A stretch of 61,565 bases of DNA from Candidatus Caccoplasma merdipullorum (GCA_017694415.1 JADIMW010000068.1:1-61565); one strand, 5' to 3'; shown: positions 35,007 to 47,719, counted from the first letter of the stretch. Notes: generated by a model not told the origin, from the sequence alone. Translations and numbers: made by a program.

Positions 35007-35711
35007 TTAGAGACCGGGGTTTATAACTTTGTTTTTGGGTATTGTTGCCTGAAATTCTTTTATGTATTCGGGTTGAAAGTATGCTACGTCCTGGAATGTT
35101 CCGCTCCTGAATGCGCGTTCGGACAGGGGCAGCATATTCGATGCCAGCGGTACTATATCGGGCAGGAACATGGCGTTGGGATGCTTTATCACGTTTTTGC
35201 ACTTTTCCGAACCGTCGCCGAAAAATACCACCTTGTGCTTTTCGAGAATTTCTTTGAAACTTTCTTCGCCGATTATATATGCGCCCAATGGGAGTATTTC
35301 GTTTAACGCCCTGTCATATATTGAGGTATATACTTCCATGCGTCGGGCATCTATCATGGGACACAGCAACGCTTCTTCGGGTACGGTATCGTCGAACATT
35401 ACGCCGACGGTCATCAGTTCGGTTGTGGTTACGGATATTAACGGTATCTCCATCCCGAAACAGAGCCCTTTTGCCATCGATACGCCGATTCGCAAGCCCG
35501 TGTATGACCCCGGGCCTGAACTTACGGCTACAGCTTCGGGGGTTATATGGTTGTCTTTAAGGAACTGCATCAAGTCCTTAACGTATCCGCCCAACAGCGA
35601 TGCATGGGACGGCCCTTCGTAACTGACTTTTTGCAGGGCTACCGTTCCGTCTATCGTTACGGCTGCCGAACAGACCTTTGTCGAGGTTTCTATATTTATT
35701 ATGCAAGGCAT
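35007..35711 (-). CDS. tsaB: t6A biosynthesis protein TsaB
   Basis: IETSTKVCS, GPGSYTGLRIG, MIDARRMEVY; start placed at MPCII. Confidence 0.96.
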   Translation of the reverse strand: MPCIINIETSTKVCSAAVTIDGTVALQKVSYEGPSHASLLGGYVKDLMQFLKDNHITPEAVAVSSGPGSYTGLRIGVSMAKGLCFGMEIPLISVTTTELMTVGVMFDDTVPEEALLCPMIDARRMEVYTSIYDRALNEILPLGAYIIGEESFKEILEKHKVVFFGDGSEKCKNVIKHPNAMFLPDIVPLASNMLPLSERAFRSGTFQDVAYFQPEYIKEFQATIPKNKVINPGL

Positions 35712-36008
35712 CTTCTTTTTCTGTTTTTTTATTCTGCGGAAAACCTGTTTTACTCTTATTCGGCTATCGCGACACGGTATAGGTGGGTTTCCGCATAGTA
35801 TGTTACAACCTTTTACAAAGATAGTGCATGAATGATGTATAAACAAATTTTTTATTGTTTTACGCGGTCTTGTGCGATGTGTTGTTAAACAGTTTTCCGA
35901 TTATTGCAGGTGTTGTAGGTGCAAGTCTTGTAATTGGCGGATTTTTATGGCGGAATAAAAAGGATAAAATATATTATCTTTGCTTTTGGAATTTTTCAAC
36001 GGATTATT

Positions 36009-36881
36009 ATGATATATTCAATGACAGGTTACGGGAAGGCTTCGGTAAAACTCCCGTCGCGTGATATTACAATTGAGATTAAATCGCTAAACAGTAAACA
36101 GCTCGATTTGTACACAAGGATTCCTTCGGCTTACTCCGGCATGGAGGGGCGCATCAGAAACGAAATTTCCAAATCGCTCGAACGGGGAAAAATCGACCTG
36201 ACTATATCGATAGAGAATCAGAAAGGAGATAAAACTCCGACTATAAACCGTACCGTAATAAAGGGGTACAAGACACAGATTGAGAATGCGGCTGCGGAAC
36301 TGGGCATAAATACGCCTGCCGACTGGTTTCCTCTGCTTCTGAAACTTCCTGATGCGATAATTTCGGAGACTCCTGTTGTAGATGAAGATGAGGAGAGCGC
36401 CATAATGAAAGGTTTGCAGGAGGCTCTTGAACATATTAACGCTTTCAGGAAACAGGAGGGCGAAATGTTGCAGAGGTTGTTTGCTCAAAAGATTGACAAT
36501 ATTGCAGCTTTACTTAAAGAGGTGGAGCCGTATGAAAAGGAGAGGATTGAAAAGACCCGGACTCGTATTATGGAGGGGCTGGAAAAGTTGCGTGGTGCTG
36601 AATACGACAAGAACCGGTTGGAGCAGGAAATAATCTATTATATAGAGAAACTGGATATAAATGAAGAGAAACACCGTCTGGACAATCATTTGAAATATTT
36701 CATGGAGACGATGGACGGTAAACAGGGTCAGGGCAAGAAACTTGGCTTTATTGCGCAGGAAATGGGGCGCGAGATAAATACGCTCGGTTCTAAAGCCAAC
36801 CATGCCGAAATGCAACGTATAGTGGTAAGGATGAAGGATGAGCTGGAACAGATTAAGGAGCAAATACTAAATGCGCTTTGA
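36009..36881 (+). CDS. YicC/YloC family endoribonuclease
   Basis: SMTGYG, EIKSLNSK, GKKLGFIAQEMGREINTLGSK. Confidence 0.95.
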   Translation: MIYSMTGYGKASVKLPSRDITIEIKSLNSKQLDLYTRIPSAYSGMEGRIRNEISKSLERGKIDLTISIENQKGDKTPTINRTVIKGYKTQIENAAAELGINTPADWFPLLLKLPDAIISETPVVDEDEESAIMKGLQEALEHINAFRKQEGEMLQRLFAQKIDNIAALLKEVEPYEKERIEKTRTRIMEGLEKLRGAEYDKNRLEQEIIYYIEKLDINEEKHRLDNHLKYFMETMDGKQGQGKKLGFIAQEMGREINTLGSKANHAEMQRIVVRMKDELEQIKEQILNAL

Positions 36882-36883
36882 CA

Positions 36884-37453
36884 ATGGGAAAGGGTAAGTT
36901 AATAATATTTTCCGCCCCATCGGGTTCGGGGAAATCGACTATCGTAAATTATTTGCTGGGGTGCGGCCTTAATCTTGCTTTTTCCGTTTCGGCCACTTCG
37001 AGAGCTCCGAGGGGCAGCGAGGTAAACGGCAGGGAGTATTATTTTCTGTCGCCTGACGAATTCAGGAAGAGAATCGCAAATGATGAATTTCTTGAATACG
37101 AGGAGGTATATAAGGATAATTTTTACGGCACTTTGAAAAGTGAAGTGGAACGTTTGAGAAACGACGGGAAGAATGTGGTTTTCGATATTGATGTGGCCGG
37201 TGGTGTTAATTTGAAAAACGTGTTCGGCAATGATGCATTGTCGGTTTTCATAATGCCTCCGAGCATAGAGGCTCTGAGAACGCGTCTTATCGGCAGGAAT
37301 ACCGATTCGGCTGAAACTATTGAGAAACGTCTTGCAAAGGCTGAATTTGAGATTTCGTATGCTCCTAAATTCGACAAGGTGATTTTGAATGATAATCTGG
37401 AGATTGCAAAGGCCGAAACGCTGAATGCCATAACTGAGTTTTTGGATAAATAA
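36884..37453 (+). CDS. gmk: Guanylate kinase
   Basis: SAPSGSGKST, SATSRAPR..EVNGREYYF, YGT. Confidence 0.97.
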   Translation: MGKGKLIIFSAPSGSGKSTIVNYLLGCGLNLAFSVSATSRAPRGSEVNGREYYFLSPDEFRKRIANDEFLEYEEVYKDNFYGTLKSEVERLRNDGKNVVFDIDVAGGVNLKNVFGNDALSVFIMPPSIEALRTRLIGRNTDSAETIEKRLAKAEFEISYAPKFDKVILNDNLEIAKAETLNAITEFLDK

Positions 37454-38025
37454 TGAATATAGGGATTTTTTCCGGTTCTTTCGACCCGATTCATGTCGGG
37501 CACATGATAATTGCCGAGCATATATGCGAATTTGCCGGAATGGACGAGATATGGTTTTCGGTATCTCCTCGGAATCCTCTTAAATCGGCTGAAGGGTTAT
37601 CGGATATAAAGCATCGCGTGGCAATGCTTAAAATGGCCATAGGGAACGATACCCGCATGAAATATTGCGACGTTGAGACAAAACTTCCGGTTCCGTCATA
37701 TACAGCCGATATGCTGGATGTTTTGAAAGCGGAATATCCGCAACATTCTTTTTCGCTGATTATCGGCGGAGACAACTGGAACATATTCGACAAATGGTAC
37801 AGGCACGAGTATATTGCAGAGAACTTCGGGCTTCTTGTTTTCCCGCGTCCGGGATGTAAAACAAACACTATTCCGGAAAACGGAAAGGTTACTTTTTGCG
37901 ATGCTCCCGAAATGGAAATATCTTCGACTTATATCAGGAAATACGCTGGAATGGGCAGGAGATTGAACTATTGTGTTCCGCCGGGTGTAATGGACTATAT
38001 TATTGATAACGGATTATACAGATAG
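37453..38025 (+). CDS. nadD: Nicotinate-nucleotide adenylyltransferase
   Basis: GSFDPIHVGH, IIGGDN, ISSTYIR. Confidence 0.96.
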   Translation: MNIGIFSGSFDPIHVGHMIIAEHICEFAGMDEIWFSVSPRNPLKSAEGLSDIKHRVAMLKMAIGNDTRMKYCDVETKLPVPSYTADMLDVLKAEYPQHSFSLIIGGDNWNIFDKWYRHEYIAENFGLLVFPRPGCKTNTIPENGKVTFCDAPEMEISSTYIRKYAGMGRRLNYCVPPGVMDYIIDNGLYR

Positions 38026-38028
38026 GAT

Positions 38029-38664
38029 ATGGACGGTTATGTTTATGGTAAGAATAGCGTGGAATTTGTAACGGTCGGTGCGGAATTTTGCGCTTTTGTC
38101 GAAAGGGCGCGGAGCATGTCGAGGGATGAGTTTACCGACAAATTGACGAAACTGCTCCCGCTGCTGTATCTTAAGGCTTCGCTTATAACCCCGGAGGAGT
38201 ATTATGTCGATTATCCGGAAAGATTCGTAACTGAAGAGATTTATAATGATATAAGGTGTGCTATCGAGAATCTGCTCGGCATCCATGATGCATATCTGGA
38301 GGTCTTCGTTGAGGATATGCAGTACAGCGACACTCCGATAACGGCATTCATATCGGAAGATATTGCCGATATTTATCAGGATATAAAGGACTTCTTGTCG
38401 ATTTATCGCCTTGGGGACGATGATTTGTCGAGAGCGGCTCTTACCGAGTGCATTGAGAGTTTTAAAGAGTATTGGGGGCAAAAAATCGCTAACGTAATGC
38501 GGCCGCTGCATTCTCTTTGCTATTCGGAGAGTGATGATGATGAAAACTATGATGAAAGAAACGATACTGAAACTCTTTACCAGGAAGATGATGATGAAGA
38601 ATGTGATTGCGGAGACGGAAAACACGGACACGAATGTCATTGCCGACACGAACACGAGCGATAA
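38029..38664 (+). CDS. DUF5063 family protein with acidic, Cys/His-rich tail
   Basis: EFVTVGAEFC, LPLLYLKAS, ISEDIADIYQD, WGQ. Confidence 0.85.
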   Translation: MDGYVYGKNSVEFVTVGAEFCAFVERARSMSRDEFTDKLTKLLPLLYLKASLITPEEYYVDYPERFVTEEIYNDIRCAIENLLGIHDAYLEVFVEDMQYSDTPITAFISEDIADIYQDIKDFLSIYRLGDDDLSRAALTECIESFKEYWGQKIANVMRPLHSLCYSESDDDENYDERNDTETLYQEDDDEECDCGDGKHGHECHCRHEHER

Positions 38665-39313
38665 AAAAACAACAAACGCTGAAGGAAAACCGGCAAACGA
38701 TAAAATAAAAATATCGAAAGAGGAGGTCGCAGCCTTGGAAACAGAGTGTTTTCCGGGACGGATAATCGTTGCACAGACTCCTGCGGATGTAAAAAAGGGT
38801 ATCGAATATCTTTCAATGTTCGATATGGTGGGTATTGATACCGAAAGCAAGCCGTCCTTTAAAAAAGGGAAAAGCAATAAAATATCGCTCTTGCAAATAG
38901 CGACCGACGAGTGCTGCATCCTTTTCAGGATAAATCTTACCGGCATTACTGACGAAATAAAGAACTTTTTCGAGAATAGAAGCATAATCAAGATAGGGGT
39001 TTCTCTGAAAGACGATTTTTTAATGCTGCATAAGGCGGCAACATTCTCGCCTTACGGATTCGTCGAGATTCAGGAACTGGTCGAAAAGTTCAATATCGGA
39101 GAGAAAAGCCTTCAAAAAATATATGCCATATTGTTCGACAAGAAAATATCCAAATCGCAACGATTATCCAATTGGGACGCGGAAATATTGAGCGATGCTC
39201 AAAAGCGCTATGCGGCTACCGATGCATGGGCATCGCTTAAAATATACAGGGCATTGTGCAACAAAGATATTACTGAGTGCTATCGAAGACGCGCCGAACT
39301 GACAAAAGAATAA
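38531..39313 (+). CDS. 3'-5' exonuclease (RNase D / DEDDy-like)
   Basis: GIDTESKP, LLQIA, SNWD...YAATDAW; start uncertain. Confidence 0.9.
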   Translation: MMMMKTMMKETILKLFTRKMMMKNVIAETENTDTNVIADTNTSDKKTTNAEGKPANDKIKISKEEVAALETECFPGRIIVAQTPADVKKGIEYLSMFDMVGIDTESKPSFKKGKSNKISLLQIATDECCILFRINLTGITDEIKNFFENRSIIKIGVSLKDDFLMLHKAATFSPYGFVEIQELVEKFNIGEKSLQKIYAILFDKKISKSQRLSNWDAEILSDAQKRYAATDAWASLKIYRALCNKDITECYRRRAELTKE

Positions 39314-39520
39314 AGTTTGTTTAACCGGTTACAGCATTATTGTGTCTCTTGTCGTCCAATTATTGTTTTCCGACAGGATTCTATTTATTATAAAGACTAC
39401 AGTCATATATTCAATAAAACCAAAAAATAGTATATTTGCATTATCATACGGACAGGTATTCGGATAAATCCGACGGGGACTGACTTGTAACAAATTAATA
39501 ACTATTATTTTTGTACTATC

Positions 39521-40426
39521 ATGAAAGGTATCGTATTGGCCGGTGGAAGCGGCACAAGATTGTATCCTATTACAAAAGGCGTCAGCAAACAGTTGTTGCC
39601 AATCTACGACAAGCCGATGATATACTATCCGATATCGGTGCTGATGTTGGCCGGTATTCGTGAAATTCTGATTATCTCTACACCTGACGATTTGCCGGCT
39701 TTTAGAAGGTTACTGGGAGACGGTTCTAATTTTGGCGTCCGCTTCGAATATGCCGAACAGCCTTCGCCCGACGGTCTGGCTCAGGCGTTCATTATAGGCG
39801 ACAAGTTTATCGGCAATGATTCTGTCTGTCTTGTCCTCGGAGACAATATATTCCACGGGAACGGTCTGTCAAAGTTGCTTAAGGAGGCTGTAAGGAATGC
39901 CGAAGTGGACAAAAAAGCCACTGTGTTCGGCTATTGGGTGGATGACCCCGAAAGATATGGTGTGGCGGAATTCGATTCGAACGGAAACTGTCTTTCCATA
40001 GAGGAGAAACCTGAAAAGCCGAAATCGAATTATGCCGTAGTGGGGCTCTATTTTTACCCGAACAAGGTTGTGGATATTGCAAAAACCATAAAACCGTCTC
40101 CGAGAGGGGAACTGGAAATAACCACGGTAAACCAGACTTTCTTGTCGGAAGGGGAATTAAAGGTTCAGACTCTGGGTCGAGGATTTGCTTGGTTGGATAC
40201 GGGGACGCACGACTCTTTATCGGAAGCGTCGATATTCATTGAAGTAATAGAGAAACGTCAGGGATTGAAGATTGCATGTCTGGAGGGTATAGCATTCCGT
40301 AAAGGGTGGATTTCTGCCGATAAGATGCGCGAACTTGCAGCCCCGATGCTGAAAAACCAATACGGCAAGTATTTGCTTAAAGTAATAACCGAGGTAGAGA
40401 AAACCGGGGAAAGCAACTTGGAGTAA
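39521..40426 (+). CDS. rfbA: Glucose-1-phosphate thymidylyltransferase
   Basis: [30 protein letters not shown]. Confidence 0.98.
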   Translation: MKGIVLAGGSGTRLYPITKGVSKQLLPIYDKPMIYYPISVLMLAGIREILIISTPDDLPAFRRLLGDGSNFGVRFEYAEQPSPDGLAQAFIIGDKFIGNDSVCLVLGDNIFHGNGLSKLLKEAVRNAEVDKKATVFGYWVDDPERYGVAEFDSNGNCLSIEEKPEKPKSNYAVVGLYFYPNKVVDIAKTIKPSPRGELEITTVNQTFLSEGELKVQTLGRGFAWLDTGTHDSLSEASIFIEVIEKRQGLKIACLEGIAFRKGWISADKMRELAAPMLKNQYGKYLLKVITEVEKTGESNLE

Positions 40427-40427
40427 T

Positions 40428-41003
40428 ATGGAAATTATCGAAACCGAGATAAAGGGAGTTCTTGTTGTTAAACCGCGGATATTCCACGACAAGCGCGGAT
40501 ACTTTTTTGAATCGTTCTCGGAAAGGGAATTTTGCGAAAAAGTGATGCCGATAAAATTTGTTCAGGACAACGAGAGCATGTCGTCATACGGGGTAATACG
40601 CGGACTGCATTTCCAAAGGCCGCCGTTTACTCAAAGTAAATTAGTCAGATGTGTAAAAGGGGCAGTATTGGACGTTGTAGTGGATATACGCAAGGGGTCT
40701 CCTACGTTCGGCAAATATGTTGCAGTGGAACTTAACGAAGAGAATCATCTGCAATTTTTTATCCCGAGAGGTTTTGCGCACGGTTTTGCCGTATTGAGCG
40801 ATACTGCCATATTCCAATATAAATGCGACAACTATTATGCGCCTCAATCGGAGGGTGGTATTCTGTTGCAGGACAAAAGCCTCGGTATAGACTGGAGAAT
40901 ACCGCAGGAAAAAGCCATACTCAGCGACAAGGATATAACGAATCCTTTATTGGCGGATCTCGACAACCCGTTCGATATTAACGTGAATCTGTACTCGGAA
41001 TGA
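40428..41003 (+). CDS. rfbC: dTDP-4-dehydrorhamnose 3,5-epimerase
   Basis: D.RGYFFE, FVQDNES, RGLHFQ, GFAHGF. Confidence 0.98.
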   Translation: MEIIETEIKGVLVVKPRIFHDKRGYFFESFSEREFCEKVMPIKFVQDNESMSSYGVIRGLHFQRPPFTQSKLVRCVKGAVLDVVVDIRKGSPTFGKYVAVELNEENHLQFFIPRGFAHGFAVLSDTAIFQYKCDNYYAPQSEGGILLQDKSLGIDWRIPQEKAILSDKDITNPLLADLDNPFDINVNLYSE

Positions 41004-41875
41004 ATGTATTGGTAACAGGGGCAAACGGACAATTGGGCAACGAAATGCGCATTGTCTCAGAAATGAGTAAGGATAATTACATCTTTACGGATGTAGCCGA
41101 ACTCGACATAACCGATACTGCCGCCGTAAGGAACTTCATTTGCGATAATGATATAAAAATAGTGGTAAATTGTGCGGCATATACAAATGTTGATAAAGCT
41201 GAAGACGACCGCGAATTTGCAGAATTGCTAAACGCTACGGCAGTGGGGAATATTGCGGCTGTCATGGCTGATAATGGAGGATGGCTGTTCCATGTTTCTA
41301 CCGATTATGTTTTTGGCGGGACAAGAAACAATACCCCGTGCAGGGAGAATGAACCGGCCAATCCTACGGGCGTTTACGGCGTTACGAAACTTCACGGGGA
41401 AGAGGCGGTCATCTCTTCGGGATGCAAATATGTAATAATCCGTACGGCATGGCTTTATAGCGAGTTCGGGAAGAATTTCCTGAAAACGATGCTTGCTTTT
41501 ACCGCTACCAAACCGCAACTGAAAGTCGTATTCGACCAAGTGGGAACGCCTACTTATGCATACGATTTGGCTTCCGCGATTTTCGATATTATCGAAAATC
41601 GCAAGTTTGAGGGGAAGGCGGGTATATACCACTATTCAAATGAAGGGGTCTGCTCGTGGTTCGATTTTACGAAAATGATTGCCGAATATGCGGGTAACGC
41701 CGGATGCGACATTCAGCCGTGCCACAGCAGTGAATTCCCGTCGAAAGTAGTGCGTCCGAGTTATTCTGTTCTCGACAAGACGAAAATAAAAGAAACCTTC
41801 GGCATAGCAATCCCTTATTGGGTCGATTCTTTAAAAAGATGCATGGCAAATATTAAAAACGGGGCTTCTCTGTAA
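41000..41875 (+). CDS. rfbD: dTDP-4-dehydrorhamnose reductase
   Basis: TGANGQLG, NCAAYTNVD, STDYVF, YGVTK. Confidence 0.98.
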   Translation: MNVLVTGANGQLGNEMRIVSEMSKDNYIFTDVAELDITDTAAVRNFICDNDIKIVVNCAAYTNVDKAEDDREFAELLNATAVGNIAAVMADNGGWLFHVSTDYVFGGTRNNTPCRENEPANPTGVYGVTKLHGEEAVISSGCKYVIIRTAWLYSEFGKNFLKTMLAFTATKPQLKVVFDQVGTPTYAYDLASAIFDIIENRKFEGKAGIYHYSNEGVCSWFDFTKMIAEYAGNAGCDIQPCHSSEFPSKVVRPSYSVLDKTKIKETFGIAIPYWVDSLKRCMANIKNGASL

Positions 41876-41916
41876 CATTATATTTTTAATCACAGCAAAA
41901 ATTTCAATTCAATAAT

Positions 41917-43059
41917 ATGGAGTTTAAAAGGAATATAGTCATTACCGGTGGCGCCGGATTTATAGGCTCGCATGTAGTACGCCTTTTCGTAAATAAATAT
42001 CCCGATTACCGTATCATAAATCTGGACAAACTGACTTATGCAGGTAATCTTGCAAACCTGAAGGATATTGAAAAGAAGGACAACTATACATTCGTAAAAG
42101 CCGATATCTGCGACTTCGACTCTATAATGTCGCTTATGAAACAGTATAGTGTGGACGGCATAATTCATCTTGCGGCAGAGAGCCATGTGGACCGCTCGAT
42201 AAAAGACCCTTTTACTTTTGCCCGCACAAACGTAATGGGAACGCTGAGTTTGCTGCAAGCGGCCAAACTATATTGGGAATCTCTTCCTGAAAAATATGAA
42301 GGGAAACGCTTTTATCATATCTCAACCGACGAGGTTTACGGAGCTCTGGAACTAACCAACCCGGAAGGTGTAAAACCGCCGTTCTCGACAACGGCATCAT
42401 CGGCGGAACATCACCTTGCTTACGGTACTGAATTTTTCCGCGAAGATACGAAATACAATCCGCACAGTCCTTATTCGGCGTCGAAAGCAAGCAGCGACCA
42501 TTTTGTCCGCGCCTTTCACGATACGTACGGTATGCCGACAATAGTTACGAACTGCTCGAACAACTACGGGCCTTACCAGTTCCCCGAGAAACTGATTCCT
42601 CTGTTCATAAACAATATCAGGCATAAAAAACCTCTTCCGGTATATGGTAAGGGCGAAAATGTCCGCGACTGGCTCTTTGTGGAGGACCATGCCCGCGCCA
42701 TAGATTTGATATTCCACGAAGGCAAAGTTGCCGAGACTTACAATATCGGGGGATTTAACGAATGGAAAAACATAGATATTATAAAGGTGGTTATCAATAC
42801 CGTGGATAGGTTATTGGGGCGCAAAGAGGACGAAGACATGAACCTCATCACTTTCGTAACCGACCGCGCCGGCCACGATATGCGCTATGCCATAGATTCT
42901 TCCAAACTGCAAAAGGAATTGGGCTGGGAACCGAGTCTGCAGTTTGAGGAAGGAATCGAAAAGACCGTCCGCTGGTATCTCGATAATCAGGAGTGGATGG
43001 ACAACATCACTTCGGGCGAGTATGAAAAATACTACGACGACATGTATAAGAACAGATAA
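41917..43059 (+). CDS. rfbB: dTDP-glucose 4,6-dehydratase
   Basis: TGGAGFIGS, AAESHVDRSI, STDEVYG, YSASK. Confidence 0.98.
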   Translation: MEFKRNIVITGGAGFIGSHVVRLFVNKYPDYRIINLDKLTYAGNLANLKDIEKKDNYTFVKADICDFDSIMSLMKQYSVDGIIHLAAESHVDRSIKDPFTFARTNVMGTLSLLQAAKLYWESLPEKYEGKRFYHISTDEVYGALELTNPEGVKPPFSTTASSAEHHLAYGTEFFREDTKYNPHSPYSASKASSDHFVRAFHDTYGMPTIVTNCSNNYGPYQFPEKLIPLFINNIRHKKPLPVYGKGENVRDWLFVEDHARAIDLIFHEGKVAETYNIGGFNEWKNIDIIKVVINTVDRLLGRKEDEDMNLITFVTDRAGHDMRYAIDSSKLQKELGWEPSLQFEEGIEKTVRWYLDNQEWMDNITSGEYEKYYDDMYKNR

Positions 43060-43080
43060 CTGATATCTTTTCCATAATAA

Positions 43081-43123
43081 GCGAGGAGGCGGGATTGTTG
43101 TACTTAGAATCCCGCCTCCTCGC
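43081..43123. terminator. Hairpin between convergent genes
   Basis: 16 bp perfect inverted repeat GCGAGGAGGCGGGATT/AATCCCGCCTCCTCGC. Confidence 0.8.
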
Positions 43124-43144
43124 TTGTTCGGGGAAAGGTGCTTG

Positions 43145-44311
43145 TCAGTTATTCAACAACTGATTCAGTTTTATATCTACCTCTTCAAGAGTTCCGTCGA
43201 AAACTATTATGGTACCGTCGGGGTTTATCAGGGTATAACTCGGTATAGAGTTTATTTGATACCGCAATGTTACATTACTGTCCCACCCTTTCAAATCGGC
43301 AAGATTGGTCCAATACATTCTGTTCTTTTTTATCGCTTTGACCCACTCGTCGGATATGGTATCTATTGATATGGAGAGCAGCTCTACTCCTCTACTGCCG
43401 TATTTTTTCGCCACAGACTTTAAGTCGTAAATTTCCACAACCGACGGAACTGACCACGATGCCCATACGTTTATAATCGAGAAGTTTCCTTTTCCGATAT
43501 ATTCGGACAAGTTGTGCATTTCACCGTCATTATTGTCAAGTAATTTTACATCTGGAATTTTTTGTCCTGCACTGATATTGTTGCGGCGTTTTAACGACTC
43601 GTCGATAGATGCTATCCCGTCCAACAAGAAAAATTCGTCCTTGGCATCGGACAATACCGTTTTCTTCTGCTCGTTCGACAATATATATCTGTTTTCAAGC
43701 AGTATATATCCGCCCAATACGTTATCGTTGTTTTTATCGACTACATCGACTATATATTCTGATTCGGCTTTTTCTATCGACTTGTACTGTTCAAGAAAAG
43801 AGTTCTCCTTCTCTTTTGTCATTTTTTGTAACGAATCTCTATATGTGGCGTGTAGTGCTGCTTTTTTTGAATCGAATTCGATTTTTTTCTGCCGATATTT
43901 ATTGAGTTCGTCATTCAGCGGAGTACCTGATACATACATTCCGCTGTCGCTAATTGTCGCTCCTATGCGTCCGTTCTCGAGTATGAACGGCCGGGGCACA
44001 TACGTCGGATGTACACCGCGCAACGGTATCAGGAATTTTATCTGCGGTTTGTCCTGTATGCCGGTAAATACGAACGTACTGTCGGATATAACCGTACTGT
44101 CGGCATATACCAACGTGTTGCCTTCCAGTCCTGCGAGGTATATCAGACTCCCTTCCATATCTGCTCCTGTTACCTTTCCGTATATCTCGAATTCCTGCTT
44201 GTCGCCGCGATTGCAGGCGACTGTCATGAATATCACGAGCATACAGGAAATTGTTTTCGCCATACCGGACATGATGTTCTTTTGCAATATCGTTTTTTTT
44301 TCTTTTGCCAT
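43145..44311 (-). CDS. DUF4369 + TlpA/AhpC thioredoxin-fold lipoprotein lacking CxxC
   Basis: Lipobox VAC, SGTPLND, NVWASWSVPS, ISID, YQINSIP..LINPDG. Confidence 0.88.
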   Translation of the reverse strand: MAKEKKTILQKNIMSGMAKTISCMLVIFMTVACNRGDKQEFEIYGKVTGADMEGSLIYLAGLEGNTLVYADSTVISDSTFVFTGIQDKPQIKFLIPLRGVHPTYVPRPFILENGRIGATISDSGMYVSGTPLNDELNKYRQKKIEFDSKKAALHATYRDSLQKMTKEKENSFLEQYKSIEKAESEYIVDVVDKNNDNVLGGYILLENRYILSNEQKKTVLSDAKDEFFLLDGIASIDESLKRRNNISAGQKIPDVKLLDNNDGEMHNLSEYIGKGNFSIINVWASWSVPSVVEIYDLKSVAKKYGSRGVELLSISIDTISDEWVKAIKKNRMYWTNLADLKGWDSNVTLRYQINSIPSYTLINPDGTIIVFDGTLEEVDIKLNQLLNN

Positions 44312-44330
44312 ACTCCGATATATCTTTTTC

Positions 44331-44825
44331 TCACTTCCTGTTCAATTCTATTACTTCCATATCTTTGAATGATTCTCCGTCGATTGTGAAACAGAGTATC
44401 GTCCTTACGCACTGGGCTCCGTAGATGCCGGCCGCCCCGGGGTTTATATGCAGCAAGTCCAGCGATTCGTCGTACATCACTTTCAGGATATGCGAGTGGC
44501 CCGAAACGAAAAGACGCGGGGGATTCCTGAATATCTCCGGTTTTACTTCCGGAGCATACCGTCCGGGATAGCCACCAATATGCGTCATCCATACCGATAC
44601 GTTCTCTATCTCGAAACGCTGATGTTTGGGGCATATACCTCTTATATCTTGTCCGTCTATATTTCCATATACCGCACGCAACGGTTTTATCTCCTGCAAC
44701 CGCCGTATTATCTCCATAGACCCTATATCGCCGCTATGCCATATCTCATCGCATTGAGAAAAGTATTTTGCATAGCGGTCGTCCCAATATCCGTGGGTAT
44801 CGGATAGAACTCCTATTCTGACCAT
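44331..44825 (-). CDS. YfcE-like metallophosphoesterase
   Basis: SDTHG, HSGDIG, YGNID, SGHSH, NPGAAG; start placed at MVRIG. Confidence 0.92.
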   Translation of the reverse strand: MVRIGVLSDTHGYWDDRYAKYFSQCDEIWHSGDIGSMEIIRRLQEIKPLRAVYGNIDGQDIRGICPKHQRFEIENVSVWMTHIGGYPGRYAPEVKPEIFRNPPRLFVSGHSHILKVMYDESLDLLHINPGAAGIYGAQCVRTILCFTIDGESFKDMEVIELNRK

Positions 44826-44836
44826 ATTCAGGGTTG

Positions 44837-45394
44837 TTAGAATGACAATTGTTTTATTGCGCGTGCCGGATTTCCGACAGCGACACAATTGTCGGGTATA
44901 TCTTTTACTACGACACTGCCCGCTCCTATCGTTACATTGTTGCCTATGGTTACACCGGGGCATATCGTTACACTGCCGCCTATCCATACGTTGTCGCCTA
45001 TGGTTACTCCCCTGCTCCATTCTATTGCGCGGTTACGTTCTACGGGATTGAGGGGATGGCACGCGGTATATATGCTTACGTTCGGACCGATAAAGGCATT
45101 TTTTCCTATCTTTACGACACCTTCGTCGAGAACGGTAAATCCGAAGTTTGCAAAGAAATCTTCTCCTACAATTATATTTTTTCCGTAATCGCAATAAAAC
45201 GGCTGCAATATGGTAAAGCGTTCGCCATGCGCCCCCAACAGTTCGTCCAACATCCGACGCATCGTTTCTTTGTCGGACGGGAGCAGCATGTTGTATTTGT
45301 GCAGGAGCATCTTTACGTTTGTCAGTTCTTCTACCAGTTCGGGTGAAGAAGCTGTATATGGGAGTCCTGCCAGCATTTTTTCTCGTTCTGTCAT
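44837..45394 (-). CDS. Maltose/sugar O-acetyltransferase
   Basis: MTEREKMLAG, PFYCDYG, hexapeptide repeats, GNPAR. Confidence 0.94.
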   Translation of the reverse strand: MTEREKMLAGLPYTASSPELVEELTNVKMLLHKYNMLLPSDKETMRRMLDELLGAHGERFTILQPFYCDYGKNIIVGEDFFANFGFTVLDEGVVKIGKNAFIGPNVSIYTACHPLNPVERNRAIEWSRGVTIGDNVWIGGSVTICPGVTIGNNVTIGAGSVVVKDIPDNCVAVGNPARAIKQLSF

Positions 45395-45537
45395 ATATGG
45401 ATGATTTGTGCCGCTAATTTACAAAACCGACGGTAGAGAGACAAAAAAATAGCCCGACCTCTTTTACCTGTCCGGTATAAAAAAGTCGGGTATTTTTCAG
45501 GCTCTGCCTTATAGAGCCGTCTGGTGTGGAACCGGTA

Positions 45538-47187
<1,650 letters not shown>

Positions 47188-47209
47188 TTATTTTATTATT
47201 CCAAATTTA

Positions 47210-47482
47210 TTATTTCAATACAGCCAATATGTCAGACTGACGCATGATAAGATATTTTACTCCGTCGAATTCGACTTCCGTTCCGGAATATTTGCCGTAA
47301 AGTACGGTATCTCCCTCCTTTACAACCATTTCTTCGTCTTTAGTTCCGTTTCCGGTTGCGATAACTTCGCCCTGCAACGGTTTCTCTTTAGCCGAGTCGG
47401 GGATTATAATGCCACCTACTGTCTTCTCTTCTGCAGGTGCGGGTTTTACCAGCACTCTGTCTGCTGACGGTTTGATATTCAT
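47210..47482 (-). CDS. groS: Co-chaperonin GroES
   Basis: [21 protein letters not shown]. Confidence 0.99.
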   Translation of the reverse strand: MNIKPSADRVLVKPAPAEEKTVGGIIIPDSAKEKPLQGEVIATGNGTKDEEMVVKEGDTVLYGKYSGTEVEFDGVKYLIMRQSDILAVLK

Positions 47483-47719
47483 TTTGTTTCTATTTTAAAG
47501 TTAGTAATTTTAATTTCCTTTTGCCGTACTTCTTTTGTACGGCTGCTTTTTGTATTGCCAATTTTGTGCCAAACATTAAAGGGGGCTCAAATATGACAAA
47601 ACGACAGACTTATTTGATACGGAGACTGACAAGTTTGCAAGTCCGATATCGGAAGTCGGTTGTGTTTTATCTCATTATTTAGACTTCATGTCGAGGATTG
47701 TGCTAAATTTGCATTCGTT

